In this document: positions 42,461 through 52,283 of the stretch, piece after piece
How positions within the stretch are numbered: position 1 is the stretch's first letter
Layout: each line of letters opens with the position of its first letter
NCBI GenBank assembly: GCA_947593925.1
Contig: CANQDU010000004.1
Coordinates: 49,834-113,833 of the forward strand
Direction of reading: 5' to 3'
Source of the DNA: an uncultured Clostridia bacterium
GTDB taxonomy: Bacteria; Bacillota; Clostridia; Oscillospirales; JAAYOS01
DNA: 64,000 bases
Program-made: the position numbers and the translations under genes
Notes under the pieces: model-generated
What the model was told of the DNA's origin: nothing
The model's input: only the letters and a program-made list of their open reading frames with translations
Database searches by the model: none

Positions 42461-45034
42461 TTATTCGTAATTGAGGGTGCCGCCCTGAGAAGCTAAGAGT
42501 TCAGCCCACTCGGCGTCGGTGTAGTTCGGTACCATGAGCTCGGTTCCGCCGTAGCCGTAGAAGACGCTGTAGTTCGTGGTGTAGTTGCTGAACTGATAGC
42601 CGACAAGCGAGCAGACCGTCTTGCTCGCGAGCGGGATGCAGTAGTACTTCTCAAGGTACTTCTCCTCGAGCTGAGAAGTGATCTCAAGGCAGGTGTCAAA
42701 CGGGCCCTTCGTTCCGGGATAATACCGTCCGTTGCCGGAGCAGGCGTTGGCCCACTGCTGCCAAGTCATCGTGACGTCCTCGCCGTTGATGTTGAGGGTC
42801 AGAGTCTCGGAGGACGGATCCCAGCAGCCCGACTCGTGGATCTCGTACTGATCCGGGTCGCAGTAGCACTGCATTGTCTGGAACGGCTTGAATATAGCGC
42901 CGCCCCATGCACCGTAGCCGATGCAGTACTCGCCGTTCTCAACGTCCTTATAACGATCGGTGAGATTGCCGACCGGCTCGAGCTCGACCGTGCCGAAGCC
43001 GGAGCCCTCGACGGCGGCATTGAGCGCGTCCTGAAGCACGCGAACCTGAGCCTGCGCGGCGCTGTCAATGGCGCCGGCCGCCCAACCGAGGCGGATGTGT
43101 ATCGGCTCGCCCGCGGTGTAGAGGCCGTCAGCCACGAGCTCGTCGCAAGCGGTCTTCATGAGCTCCTGCGCCTCGGTGAGGTTGTAGCCGTTGATGGACT
43201 TGTACGCATCCTCGAGGGTGGCGTACGGGGTGCCCTCGCCGTACTCAACGCCGTACAGGCGGCAGATGCCCTGCATCGCGGCATCGCTGCGGCGGTAGTT
43301 GGAGGTCGGGTCGTTCCAGCCGTCGTACATGTAGAGGTTGTTCAGCAGGAAGGTCGCCGGGGCGTAGCCCGGGGTGGCCTGGCAATACTTGTCACGGTCT
43401 ATTGCGAGGCTGAACGCCCTGCGGAAGTTCTCGTTGCTCATAACGACCGAATTGGTGTTGCCCTTCGAGGCGTCCATTGCCTTCAGAGCGTCGAGGTTGG
43501 TGTTGAAGAACAGGCGCATGGTGTAGCTATCCTCGGTCTTGAGGAGCTGGTCGGATGTCGAGTAGGTGCTCGAGAGCTCATCGGCCGTCGGGGCGTAGCT
43601 GTCAAGCTCGCCCTTCAGGAACGCCTGATGCGCGGCGGAGTCCTCCATGATGTCGGTGACATCCCTATCGACTATGAAGCGCCTCACGTTCTCGCCGTCG
43701 ACAAGGTAGTTGGTGTAGCTGACGAGGCAGCCGTTCTCGTCACGGACAAAGTCGCCGTTCTCGTCGCGTTCCCAGCCCCACCACTCGGGGTTCTTGACAA
43801 AGACCATCTGGCGGTCGTTCTGGAAGGACTCGAGCATGTACGGGCCGAAGGCCATCGTGGTCTCGAGAGAGGTGCCGTAGTTGGTGGTCTTCTGCTTGCC
43901 GGTCACGTCATAGCCCGCCTCATAGAGCGGCTTGTAGACGAGCCAAGTGCCGTTGATTTGGTTGCGAACCTCGTTGAAGTCGCTTTTCGCCTCGGTAACG
44001 ACCATCAGCGTGGTGTCGTCCGGGGCAAAGAAGCCGACGTTCTCCCAGTCAAAGGTCGGGTAGGTGTGCTGATAATAGCAGTAGTTAATTGCCTCAGCCT
44101 CGGTCTCACCCCAAGCCGGATTGGCGGTGATAGCGGTCCGGAGGAGGGCAAGGTTTGCCTCGTTGAGCGGGACAAGGCCGTAATCGTCGGCCTCGGGGTC
44201 GTCGCCCGTGACCTGCTCAACAAGAGCGGTGACCGCGTCGTCATCGAGGTAGCCGAGGCCGATGAAAGCCTCGAGCGTGTCGCCGCCGAGCCAGGCGAGC
44301 GCCTTGCTCGCGGCTATCATGACCTGCTCGCCGTCGGGCGTGGTGGCGCCGTCGGCAGTGACGGTGATGTCATCCATCGTGAAGACGCCGCTGGTCTCGA
44401 CCCAGCCGGAGAAGCCGCTGTCGAAGTAGCTCTTAGCGCCGGCAATAGGAGTAGTGGAACCGGTGTAGTAGAGGTTCGCGCGGTAGTTGCGCATATCCGA
44501 GTCAAGGCAGAGCTGCATCGACTCGACGAAGTCCTGCGCCTTTATCGGGGTGCCGTCCTGCCACTTGAGGTCGTCACGGAGCTTTATCTCGAAGACGTAG
44601 CCCTCGGTGGTGTCCTCAAGGGTCTGACCCGCGGGCAGCGCGGCGTTGTACTTCGTGATGAGGTCCTGATGGTCGGCGGTGACGTCCTCATAAGAGGTCG
44701 CCATGTAGTACGCCCACTGCCAGACACCGTTTTCGCTGTCGAGAAGCGCCGTACTCATAAACGAGTCAGCCAGCTGGTAGGCCATGTCGTCATCTGCGCT
44801 TGTTTCCATGGTGTGCGGGTTCCAGTTGGTAGCAAGTGCCGAAGTGTAACCATTATATGTATAGATAATGGGTTCACCCGTCGAAGCAAAATTGCCCTCG
44901 GGCTCTGTGCTGGTGGTGCCGCCGGGCTCGGTCGAGGTGCCGGGCTCGGTGCTGGTTGCGGTGTTGCCGCCGCAGCCCGCAAGAAGTCCGAAGCACATGA
45001 CCAATGCCAGCAGCATTGCTATGAGCTTTTTCAT
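42461..45034 (-). CDS. Family 5 (peptide/nickel) extracellular solute-binding lipoprotein, unusually large (OppA-like)
   Basis: 857 aa. Lipoprotein signal MKKLIAMLLALVMCFGLLAGCGG and a Thr/Glu/Pro linker. First gene of the five-gene opp-type operon. Confidence 0.8.
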   Translation of the reverse strand: MKKLIAMLLALVMCFGLLAGCGGNTATSTEPGTSTEPGGTTSTEPEGNFASTGEPIIYTYNGYTSALATNWNPHTMETSADDDMAYQLADSFMSTALLDSENGVWQWAYYMATSYEDVTADHQDLITKYNAALPAGQTLEDTTEGYVFEIKLRDDLKWQDGTPIKAQDFVESMQLCLDSDMRNYRANLYYTGSTTPIAGAKSYFDSGFSGWVETSGVFTMDDITVTADGATTPDGEQVMIAASKALAWLGGDTLEAFIGLGYLDDDAVTALVEQVTGDDPEADDYGLVPLNEANLALLRTAITANPAWGETEAEAINYCYYQHTYPTFDWENVGFFAPDDTTLMVVTEAKSDFNEVRNQINGTWLVYKPLYEAGYDVTGKQKTTNYGTSLETTMAFGPYMLESFQNDRQMVFVKNPEWWGWERDENGDFVRDENGCLVSYTNYLVDGENVRRFIVDRDVTDIMEDSAAHQAFLKGELDSYAPTADELSSTYSTSDQLLKTEDSYTMRLFFNTNLDALKAMDASKGNTNSVVMSNENFRRAFSLAIDRDKYCQATPGYAPATFLLNNLYMYDGWNDPTSNYRRSDAAMQGICRLYGVEYGEGTPYATLEDAYKSINGYNLTEAQELMKTACDELVADGLYTAGEPIHIRLGWAAGAIDSAAQAQVRVLQDALNAAVEGSGFGTVELEPVGNLTDRYKDVENGEYCIGYGAWGGAIFKPFQTMQCYCDPDQYEIHESGCWDPSSETLTLNINGEDVTMTWQQWANACSGNGRYYPGTKGPFDTCLEITSQLEEKYLEKYYCIPLASKTVCSLVGYQFSNYTTNYSVFYGYGGTELMVPNYTDAEWAELLASQGGTLNYE

Positions 45035-45271
45035 TTTAGCTCCTCCTAAAAAAATTTCACGGCGCGGGACGTTGCCTTTGGTGAAGGTTCATCGCATCAT
45101 TCTTTCCTAAAGAATGATGCGAAAAGTGGCGCGCCACTTTGCCGCGTTTGAATTATTATATCACAGCGGCACGCAAAGCGCCATATAAACATTATTTGCG
45201 CGATTAACAAAGATTGTCACGCCGCAAAATACATTTTTGATAAAGTTGAACAAATTTCCGCCGCAAGATGC

Positions 45272-45296
45272 AAAAAGAGGCGGCTTTCGCCGCCTC
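45272..45296 (-). terminator. Terminator downstream of pmbA
   Basis: The minus strand reads GAGGCGGC-GAAA-GCCGCCTC followed by TTTTT. Confidence 0.7.
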
Positions 45297-45521
45297 TCCG
45301 CCGCGGGAACACCGCTCCGCGCGCGGCTTCGCGGACGGCGGGGCCGCCTCGCGCGCTTCGGATTTGCAAGTCCGCGCCGAAAATTATGCAAAACGCGGGA
45401 CGGACGCGCCGCGCTGTCCGTCCTCCGAGGACAGCGCCGCGCTTCTGCAATGTGAAAGCATTTGTCTTTCTATCGCGGACACTTGTCGCAACGAAGCGAG
45501 CGCGATTTCCCGCGAAAGTTT

Positions 45522-46814
45522 TTATTTGCCGCTGATGGTTACTCCGTTAAAAGCTATCCACGGCATCACGCCGCCGCCCGACGATTCGGTGTCGCTGCTT
45601 ATCGCGCGGACATTTTTCATCAGGTCGAGGAAGCTGCCGTTTATCATCGTCTCGCTCACCGCGCCGACTATCCTGCCGTTTTCCACGAGGAAGCTGTTCT
45701 TCGCGACGCCGGAGAAGTCGCCGTTCTGGGCGGGCTCGCCGCCGGAGAAGCGGTTGACGATTATGCCGCGCTCCACGCCCGCTATTATCTCGGAGAGCGG
45801 GGTCGTGCCCGGCTCGACAAAGAAGCTGCCGGAGAGGTTCTTCGCGCGCTCGAAGCCGGTCTTGCGCGCGCCGTAGTCCGAGAGCATGAAGCCCTTGAGG
45901 ACGCCGTCCTCGATGTAGGTCATGTTCTCCGACTTGAAGCCGCCCGCGAACCGCTCGCCGCAGACGACCTGTGGGTCGAGCGGGCGGCTCGTGAGGGTGA
46001 AGCCCTTCGACGCGACCTGTTTACCGAGCATCGAGAGCCACGGGCTCGTGCCGTCGATTATCGTACTGTTCGAGCAGAAGTTGCCGAGGACGGTGTACAT
46101 GAAGCTCGAGAGCAGGTCGGGGCTCGCGATGAGAGTTCCCTCGAACTTACCGTCGACCGGCTTCGGGTAGAGCGAATCCGAGCTTTCGCGGAAGAGACGG
46201 CGGTGGGACGCCATGTCCATGAACGCGCGGTCGAGCGACGTAAACGCCGCGTCCGCGCCGTTGAAGGAGCCTGCGGCCTCGCCCTCGTGGGCGGAGAACA
46301 TCGAGCTGAGGCCGTAGCATCCCTCCTCGAGCTCGAACTCGGTGCCGTTCGTGTTCATATAGATGCCGCTCTCGTGGCGGTAGTCCGCGATGAACTGCTC
46401 CATCATTATTTTCGGGAACTGCTCGCGCGTGTCGCGAAGGAACTCCTCTATCCTGTCGTACAGCGCCGCGACGTCCGGCACTAGCACGCCCTGCGTGAAC
46501 TTCTCCTTCCCCTCGAACGGAGCGATGCGCTCCGCCTCGTCCGGCTTCGCGTGCTCGGCGGAGGCGATGGCCGCCGCGCACGCGGCGTCGATGTCCTCCT
46601 TCGAGGTCTGGTTTATCGCGGCGGTACCCTTAGCGCCGTTCTTTATGACGGAGAGCGAGACGCCGGTGTCAAAGAGCGTCCGCATGAGGCTGAACTCGCC
46701 GCCGTCAACGTTCAGCTCGTCGGTGGAGCTGTGGGAGACAGAGACCGCCGCCGCGTCCGCGCCGAGCTTTTCGAGCTTTTCGAGAGTGTATTCCGCTAAT
46801 TTGCGATCGTTCAT
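45522..46814 (-). CDS. pmbA: PmbA/TldE family metalloprotease subunit
   Basis: 430 aa. TldD/PmbA fold features (C-terminal GDFSG...NG motif region FSGGEPAQNGDFSGVAKNSFLVENG). Lies adjacent to tldD. Confidence 0.8.
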   Translation of the reverse strand: MNDRKLAEYTLEKLEKLGADAAAVSVSHSSTDELNVDGGEFSLMRTLFDTGVSLSVIKNGAKGTAAINQTSKEDIDAACAAAIASAEHAKPDEAERIAPFEGKEKFTQGVLVPDVAALYDRIEEFLRDTREQFPKIMMEQFIADYRHESGIYMNTNGTEFELEEGCYGLSSMFSAHEGEAAGSFNGADAAFTSLDRAFMDMASHRRLFRESSDSLYPKPVDGKFEGTLIASPDLLSSFMYTVLGNFCSNSTIIDGTSPWLSMLGKQVASKGFTLTSRPLDPQVVCGERFAGGFKSENMTYIEDGVLKGFMLSDYGARKTGFERAKNLSGSFFVEPGTTPLSEIIAGVERGIIVNRFSGGEPAQNGDFSGVAKNSFLVENGRIVGAVSETMINGSFLDLMKNVRAISSDTESSGGGVMPWIAFNGVTISGK

Positions 46815-46830
46815 TTTATCTTCTCCCCTT

Positions 46831-48222
46831 TCAGCGCCCGCCGATGTTTATTTTGCACTTGAGCGCCGGTCCGCCCATGCCGACCGGCATCGGCTGCTTC
46901 TTGCCGCAGAAGCCGGAGCTCACCCACACGTCGTCGTCAGACAGAGCCGTGACCGACTTCAGCATCTCAAACGCCACGCCGGAGACGGTCGTGTCGCGTA
47001 TGGCGCGGCCGAGCTTGCCGTTCTTTATCTCGAAGCCCATGTTCACGCCGAACATGAACTCGCCCGTCGTGTCCGCCTGACCGTTGCCGGTCTCGGTGAG
47101 ATAGTAGCCGTTCTCGATAGAGGCTATCATGTCCTCGAGCTTGGAGGTGCCCGGGACGATGCCGGTGTTCCGCATACGGATGAGCGGCTCGTCCGAGAAC
47201 GCGAAGGCGCGGGCGTTGCCGTGCGGCTCCATGCCGAAGTGCTGAGCCGACTCGCGGCTGTTCATGTAGCCGACGAGTATGCCGTCCTTTATCAACACCT
47301 GGTCGCTTGCGGGCGTGCCCTCGTCGTCAACGTAGACGGGAAGCGGCGCCTGCTTGCCGCTCGAGAGCGTGTGGGCGTAGTCCACCATCGTCACGAGCTC
47401 GCTTGCGACCGGCTTTCCGAGCAGGTGCGCCGCGACCGAGCCGCCTAGCACGAGGTCCGCCTCGACCGTGTGACCGACCGCCTCGTGCGCTATCATGCCC
47501 GCGAGGTTCGGCCCGATTATGACGTCGCACAGACCGGCCTCGGCGTAGACGCCCTCGGCCTTGCGCATGACGTCGTTGTACAGGCGGTCTATTTCCGCCT
47601 TGAACGGCTCTATCGAGGTGTAGCGCTTGTCAAAGCACCCCGCGTCCTGCCCGCCTAAGACGGTGAAGAGCTCGACGGTGGAACCGTCGCCCGTCGGGGC
47701 GGTGAGGGTGACATAGACATAGCTTCGCGGGAGCATCGAATAGCCGTCCGCGCCGTCGTTTGTCACGAGCAGCTTCTCCATGCTGTCCGCGTATGCCGAC
47801 ACGCTGCGGCTCGCGAGCGCGGGATATGTCTTTTCGAGGTACGCGTCGAGCTCGAGCACGAAGTCGAGATACTTCTTCTGCTCCGGGTCGGTGAAGCCCG
47901 GGTCGAAGGTGAGCTTCTGCGAGGGTATCACCGGTAGGGCGGGCTTTCCCTTGCCGACGCGGGTATCCATAAACTCCGCGTTCCGCTGCGCCGCCGCGAG
48001 TATGTCGCGCACGGCCTCCGGCGAGTACTCCGCGCCGGAGGCGAAGCCGTACACGCCGCTGCGGTACACGCGGGCGCAGACGCCCATCGTCTCGCTCCGC
48101 ACGTTCGACACGACGTTCCCCTTGAGGACGCCGACGCGCCGCGTCGTGCTGCGCTGTGCGCGGATCTCGGTGTGTCCCGCGCCCATCAGTCCCTTCATTT
48201 CCGAGATATGGTCACTGATCAT
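46831..48222 (-). CDS. tldD: TldD family metalloprotease
   Basis: Start ATG 48222 (RBS AGAGGGGA), 463 aa. HExxxH-type site IAHEAVGHTVEAD and GNGQADTTGEFMFG. Confidence 0.85.
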   Translation of the reverse strand: MISDHISEMKGLMGAGHTEIRAQRSTTRRVGVLKGNVVSNVRSETMGVCARVYRSGVYGFASGAEYSPEAVRDILAAAQRNAEFMDTRVGKGKPALPVIPSQKLTFDPGFTDPEQKKYLDFVLELDAYLEKTYPALASRSVSAYADSMEKLLVTNDGADGYSMLPRSYVYVTLTAPTGDGSTVELFTVLGGQDAGCFDKRYTSIEPFKAEIDRLYNDVMRKAEGVYAEAGLCDVIIGPNLAGMIAHEAVGHTVEADLVLGGSVAAHLLGKPVASELVTMVDYAHTLSSGKQAPLPVYVDDEGTPASDQVLIKDGILVGYMNSRESAQHFGMEPHGNARAFAFSDEPLIRMRNTGIVPGTSKLEDMIASIENGYYLTETGNGQADTTGEFMFGVNMGFEIKNGKLGRAIRDTTVSGVAFEMLKSVTALSDDDVWVSSGFCGKKQPMPVGMGGPALKCKINIGGR

Positions 48223-49165
48223 TGTTCTTCCCCTCTTTCTGATGGTCTTTTGAGTTTTTTCCGCCGCTCCGTATCTGCTCCGGGATGGCGTTGAAGCCGT
48301 TGCCGACGACCTCCCGGGCATTCGTGAGTATCATGAACGCATGGGGGTCGGCCGCCGCCACCACCCGCTTGAGCGAGAGCAGCTCGTGGGAGCGTATCGC
48401 GCAGAGCAGCGTGGTGCGCGGCGTCTTTGAGAACATGCCCTCAGCGTTCATCGCCGTCACGCCGCGCCCGAGGCGCGCAAACACCGCCTGCGATATCTCC
48501 TCCGGCCGGTCGGTGATGATGAACGCCGCGTTGCCGCTGTCCATGCCGCCGAGCACCGTGTCTATGGCAAAGCTCGCTATCGTCTGCATGACTATGGAAT
48601 AAAGTATGGTCTCGAGCGCTATGCTCGGCGAGCCGTTCGCGTATGCAAAGCTCGCCGCGCAGATGATTATGCCGTTCAGCAGAAGCATTATGTTTCCGAC
48701 GGTCCTGCCGGTGCGGAGGCTCACTATCTTGCTTATGATGTCGGTGCCGCCGGTCGTTCCGCCGCGCGAGAAGATTATCCCCATGCCTATTCCGTGAAGC
48801 GCCCCGCCGAAGAGCGCGGAGAGCAGCCGGTCGCCGGTGTAGGCGGGCACGAACAGCTGGAAGACGTCCATCAGTATAGACGTCATCAGCATCGCCGCGC
48901 CGGAGCGTATGACGAAGCTCCTGCCGAGCTCCCGCCAGCTCCACAGGAAGAGCGGGATGTTGAGGATTATCGTCTGTACGCCGAGTGGCCATCCCCAGAA
49001 GAAGTTAGAGATCATCGCGAGGCCGGTAAGGCCGCCCACCGGTATCTCCGCCGGGCGCAGGAACATCACCATGCTCATGGCGTACACCACCGAGCCGGCG
49101 AGCATCACGGCGTAGTCGCGCACGACCGCCGCCGGGCCTTGGGGTTTAGTCTTCGATGCAGGCAT
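48212..49165 (-). CDS. YitT family membrane protein (DUF2179 C-terminal domain)
   Basis: Start ATG 49165 (RBS GGAGGGA). 5 TM plus a C-terminal soluble domain (RGVTAMNAEGMFSKTPRTTLLCAIRSHELLSLKRVV). The 3' end overlaps the tldD start by 11 nt. Confidence 0.8.
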   Translation of the reverse strand: MPASKTKPQGPAAVVRDYAVMLAGSVVYAMSMVMFLRPAEIPVGGLTGLAMISNFFWGWPLGVQTIILNIPLFLWSWRELGRSFVIRSGAAMLMTSILMDVFQLFVPAYTGDRLLSALFGGALHGIGMGIIFSRGGTTGGTDIISKIVSLRTGRTVGNIMLLLNGIIICAASFAYANGSPSIALETILYSIVMQTIASFAIDTVLGGMDSGNAAFIITDRPEEISQAVFARLGRGVTAMNAEGMFSKTPRTTLLCAIRSHELLSLKRVVAAADPHAFMILTNAREVVGNGFNAIPEQIRSGGKNSKDHQKEGKNNDQ

Positions 49166-49333
49166 AACTTTTCCCTCCGAGCGCCGCCCCACAGTCACAT
49201 AATACTGCTCACGGGCGGCAAAATCAATAAATCAGCGCTTTAGTATCCATTAATTTTTGCTTGAGTATATTTTTGCGGGTTTCGCGTTGGTGTAAAGTGT
49301 TTTGCTTGTTGTTTGTTCGCTTTTTGTGAAGGC

Positions 49334-49759
49334 TTACTCCTTGCCGGAGCATCCGTCCGCCTCGCGGGAGGCGAGTATCGCCGCGAATATCTCCTCGAGG
49401 CGGTCTCTCCTGCCCGAGAGCCACAGGTAGCCGAAAAGCGCCTCGAGACCGGTGGCCGCGTGGTACGCCGCGACCGATGTGTGCTTCGGTGCCTTGGAGT
49501 GGGCGTTCCGCCCGCGGCGGAACACCTCCGCCTCCTCCTCGAGAAGCATGTCCTTCACGCTCTCAAACGCCTCGGCCTGCGCCGTCGCGCTCACGAATTC
49601 CAGCGTGTGGCGGTGCATGTCCTCGTTCGATGAGCCGAAGCGACCCGCGAGGTGCGTCCGCACCATCAGCTCGTACACCCCGTCACCGATATGCGCGAGC
49701 GCCAGCGGGCTGAGGCGCGTCACCTCCTCCCTGTCAAGCTGCGGACTTAACCGCTCCAT
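49334..49759 (-). CDS. mrnC: Mini-ribonuclease 3 (Mini-III)
   Basis: 141 aa. LALAHIGDGVYELMVR and ATGLEALFGYLWL RNase III-like motifs. Confidence 0.85.
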   Translation of the reverse strand: MERLSPQLDREEVTRLSPLALAHIGDGVYELMVRTHLAGRFGSSNEDMHRHTLEFVSATAQAEAFESVKDMLLEEEAEVFRRGRNAHSKAPKHTSVAAYHAATGLEALFGYLWLSGRRDRLEEIFAAILASREADGCSGKE

Positions 49760-49763
49760 CCGC

Positions 49764-52190
49764 TCACCCCTTTACAAGAAACGCGGAAGCGCTCTTGAGC
49801 ATCAGCCGCTTCGTCGCGCCGCTGTCGAATTCTATCTCGATGAGCGCGTCTCCGCTCATCTGCTTTACCGACTTTACCGTGCCCGCGCCGAACGCCTGAT
49901 GCGTCACCCTGTCGCCCGGCGAGAGCTTCGGCAGAGGCTTTCCCGCAGAGGCGACGGCCGGGCGCGTCTGCCTGAAGGCGCCCGCCGCAGGACGGCGGCG
50001 CGGAGCCGCGCCGAAACCGTCGTCATCATCAAACGAGAAGGACAGCGAGCGCGAGGACGCGCGCTCGAGGAGCTCGCTCTTTTTCTCCTCCACGCACTCC
50101 TCCGGCAGCTCGGCGACGAACCGGCTCGGCGGGTTGAAGCTCGTCTTGCCGAATATCATCCTCCGCCGGGCGCAGGTGATGTAGAGCTGCTTCTTTGCGC
50201 GGGTGATGCCGACGTAGCAGAGGCGGCGCTCCTCCTCGAGGTCGTCCTGCTCCAGGGCGGAACGCATCCCGGGGAACATTCCCTCCTCCATGCCTATTAT
50301 GAACACATTCGGGAATTCAAGCCCCTTTGCGGAGTGGAGAGTCATCAGCACCGCCGCGTCGGCGCTCTCGTCGTATCTCTCGATGTCGGTGAAAAGCGAG
50401 ATCTCGTCGAGGAACCCGCCGAGCGATGGCTCCTCCGCCGCGTCCTCATAGGATATGATGCTCGACTTCAGTTCGAGCACGTTTTCTATGCGCACCTTCA
50501 CGTCCGGGTCGTTCGCGCTCTTTGCCTCGAGCGCGAGGACGTACCCGCTCTTCTCGATAAGCTCGTCGTAGAGCTCGCTTACCGTGTGCGACGCCGCGAA
50601 GTCCGAGAGATAGTTTATCATATCCGCAAAAGCGTGGAGCTTCGCGCTCGCGCGCGCGAGCGTCGGATATTCGCTCGCGCTCTCTATCACCTCGAAGACC
50701 GGTATCCCGGCGGAGGCCGCGAGGTACGCCGCCGCGTCCTGCGTGGTGTTCCCTATCCCGCGCGCGGGGACGTTGAGTATCCTCCCGAGCCGCAGGTCGT
50801 CCGAGTGGTTATGTATCACCCAGAGGTAGGCGAGCATATCTTTGATTTCGGCGCGGTCGAAGAACCGCGTGCCGCCTATTACGCGGTACGGGACGCCGCT
50901 GCGCTTCAGCGCGTCCTCGACGCGGTTCATCTGCGCGTTCATGCGGTAGAGGACGGCGTGGTCGCGGAAATGTCCTCCGGCGGTGACGTTCGCGAGTATC
51001 TGCCGCGCGACGAAGTCCGCCTCGTCGTTGTCGTCCGCCGCCGTGTAGACGACGACGCGCCCGCCGTCGTCGTTGGACGTCCAGAGCTCCTTGCCCTTTC
51101 TGCCGGCGTTGTGCTCTATGACGCTGTTCGCGGCGGCGAGAATTGTCTTTGTGGAGCGGTAGTTCTGCTCGAGCTTTATCACGCGGGTGCCCCGGTTCTG
51201 ACTGTCGAAGCGCAGGATGTTCTCCACCGTCGCGCCCCGGAAGCGGTATATCGACTGGTCGTCGTCCCCGACGACGCAGAGGTTCCCCCACCCTCCCGCG
51301 AGCGTGGACGCGAGCAAATACTGTAAATTGTTCGTGTCCTGATACTCGTCGATGAGGACATAGCGGAACTTCCGCTGATAGTACTCCCGCACGTCGTCAT
51401 GCGTGAGGAGGAGCTGTACCGTGAGAAGGATGAGGTCGTCGAAATCGAGGGCGTTTGCGGCCTTCATACGGCGCATATACTCGGCGTAAGCCTGCGCGGT
51501 CTTTGAGGCGCGGTAGGCGTTGTCGCCCGCAAACGCCGCCTCGTATTCCCCGGGGAATATCATCTTGTCCTTGGCGCGGCTGATGCTCGAGAGCAGCGTG
51601 CGCGGCGCAAAGGAGTTTTCGTCGAGGCGGAGGTCGGCGGCGATGTCCTTCAGGAGACGCTCGCTGTCCGCATTGTCGTATATCGTGAAGTCGCGGGAGT
51701 AGCCGAGCTTCTCAATGTCGCGGCGGAGTATTCGGACGCACGCGGAGTGGAAGGTGGAGGCCCACACGTCCTCCGCCCTCGGCCCAAGGCGCGCCGAAAG
51801 GCGCTCCTTCAGCTCCCCCGCCGCCTTGTTTGTGAACGTTATCGCGATTATGCTCCACGGAGACGCGGGGTCGAGCGCCGCAAGGCGCTCCGCCGCCTCG
51901 CGCTCTTCCTCGTTCGGGGAGGCAAGGAAGCGCTCGAGAAACTCGACGTCGCTCTCGTCGGTGACCTCGTTTATCTCGTCCGAGTCGCTTGCCCTGCCGT
52001 ACTTTATGAGGTTTGCGATGCGCTGTATCAGCACCGTCGTCTTGCCGCTTCCCGCCCCGGCGAGGACGAGGAGCGGCCCCTCCGTCGCCATGACGGCGCG
52101 GAGCTGCATATCGTTGAGCGCGGAGAAGTCGCGGGCGATGAGCTCGCGGCGCGCGCGCAGAAATCTTTCCTTCAGGCTTCCTGTAAGCAT
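49764..52190 (-). CDS. pcrA: ATP-dependent DNA helicase PcrA/UvrD family
   Basis: 808 aa. Motif I AGAGSGKT, motif II VLIDEYQDTN, TLHSAKGLEF, VGITRAK, and a C-terminal Tudor-like tail. Confidence 0.9.
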   Translation of the reverse strand: MLTGSLKERFLRARRELIARDFSALNDMQLRAVMATEGPLLVLAGAGSGKTTVLIQRIANLIKYGRASDSDEINEVTDESDVEFLERFLASPNEEEREAAERLAALDPASPWSIIAITFTNKAAGELKERLSARLGPRAEDVWASTFHSACVRILRRDIEKLGYSRDFTIYDNADSERLLKDIAADLRLDENSFAPRTLLSSISRAKDKMIFPGEYEAAFAGDNAYRASKTAQAYAEYMRRMKAANALDFDDLILLTVQLLLTHDDVREYYQRKFRYVLIDEYQDTNNLQYLLASTLAGGWGNLCVVGDDDQSIYRFRGATVENILRFDSQNRGTRVIKLEQNYRSTKTILAAANSVIEHNAGRKGKELWTSNDDGGRVVVYTAADDNDEADFVARQILANVTAGGHFRDHAVLYRMNAQMNRVEDALKRSGVPYRVIGGTRFFDRAEIKDMLAYLWVIHNHSDDLRLGRILNVPARGIGNTTQDAAAYLAASAGIPVFEVIESASEYPTLARASAKLHAFADMINYLSDFAASHTVSELYDELIEKSGYVLALEAKSANDPDVKVRIENVLELKSSIISYEDAAEEPSLGGFLDEISLFTDIERYDESADAAVLMTLHSAKGLEFPNVFIIGMEEGMFPGMRSALEQDDLEEERRLCYVGITRAKKQLYITCARRRMIFGKTSFNPPSRFVAELPEECVEEKKSELLERASSRSLSFSFDDDDGFGAAPRRRPAAGAFRQTRPAVASAGKPLPKLSPGDRVTHQAFGAGTVKSVKQMSGDALIEIEFDSGATKRLMLKSASAFLVKG

Positions 52191-52283
52191 TTTTCCTCCA
52201 CATCACTCTTTATGAGGTCGATTATACCGCTTTTTGACATCTGTTTCAAGCCGGATTTTACGCCGTCCGGCATCCGGGCGCGT

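Noticed and set aside
45035-45521. Hidden gene or ncRNA in the 487-bp region upstream of the opp operon
   Set aside because: It contains only the pmbA terminator (45272-45296), a few short hairpins (for example GCATCATTCTTT/AAAGAATGATGC at ~45098-45125) and AT-rich promoter-like sequence for the SBP gene. The ORFs there (45161-45455) are Arg-rich and lack an RBS. Nothing specific could be supported.
48212-48321. Overlap of the YitT-family gene with the 496-aa tldD ORF as a sign of frameshift or pseudogene
   Set aside because: With the RBS-supported tldD start at 48222, the overlap is only 11 nt, which is normal for coupled genes. The upstream 33 codons of the track ORF are Arg/Ser-rich and unsupported.
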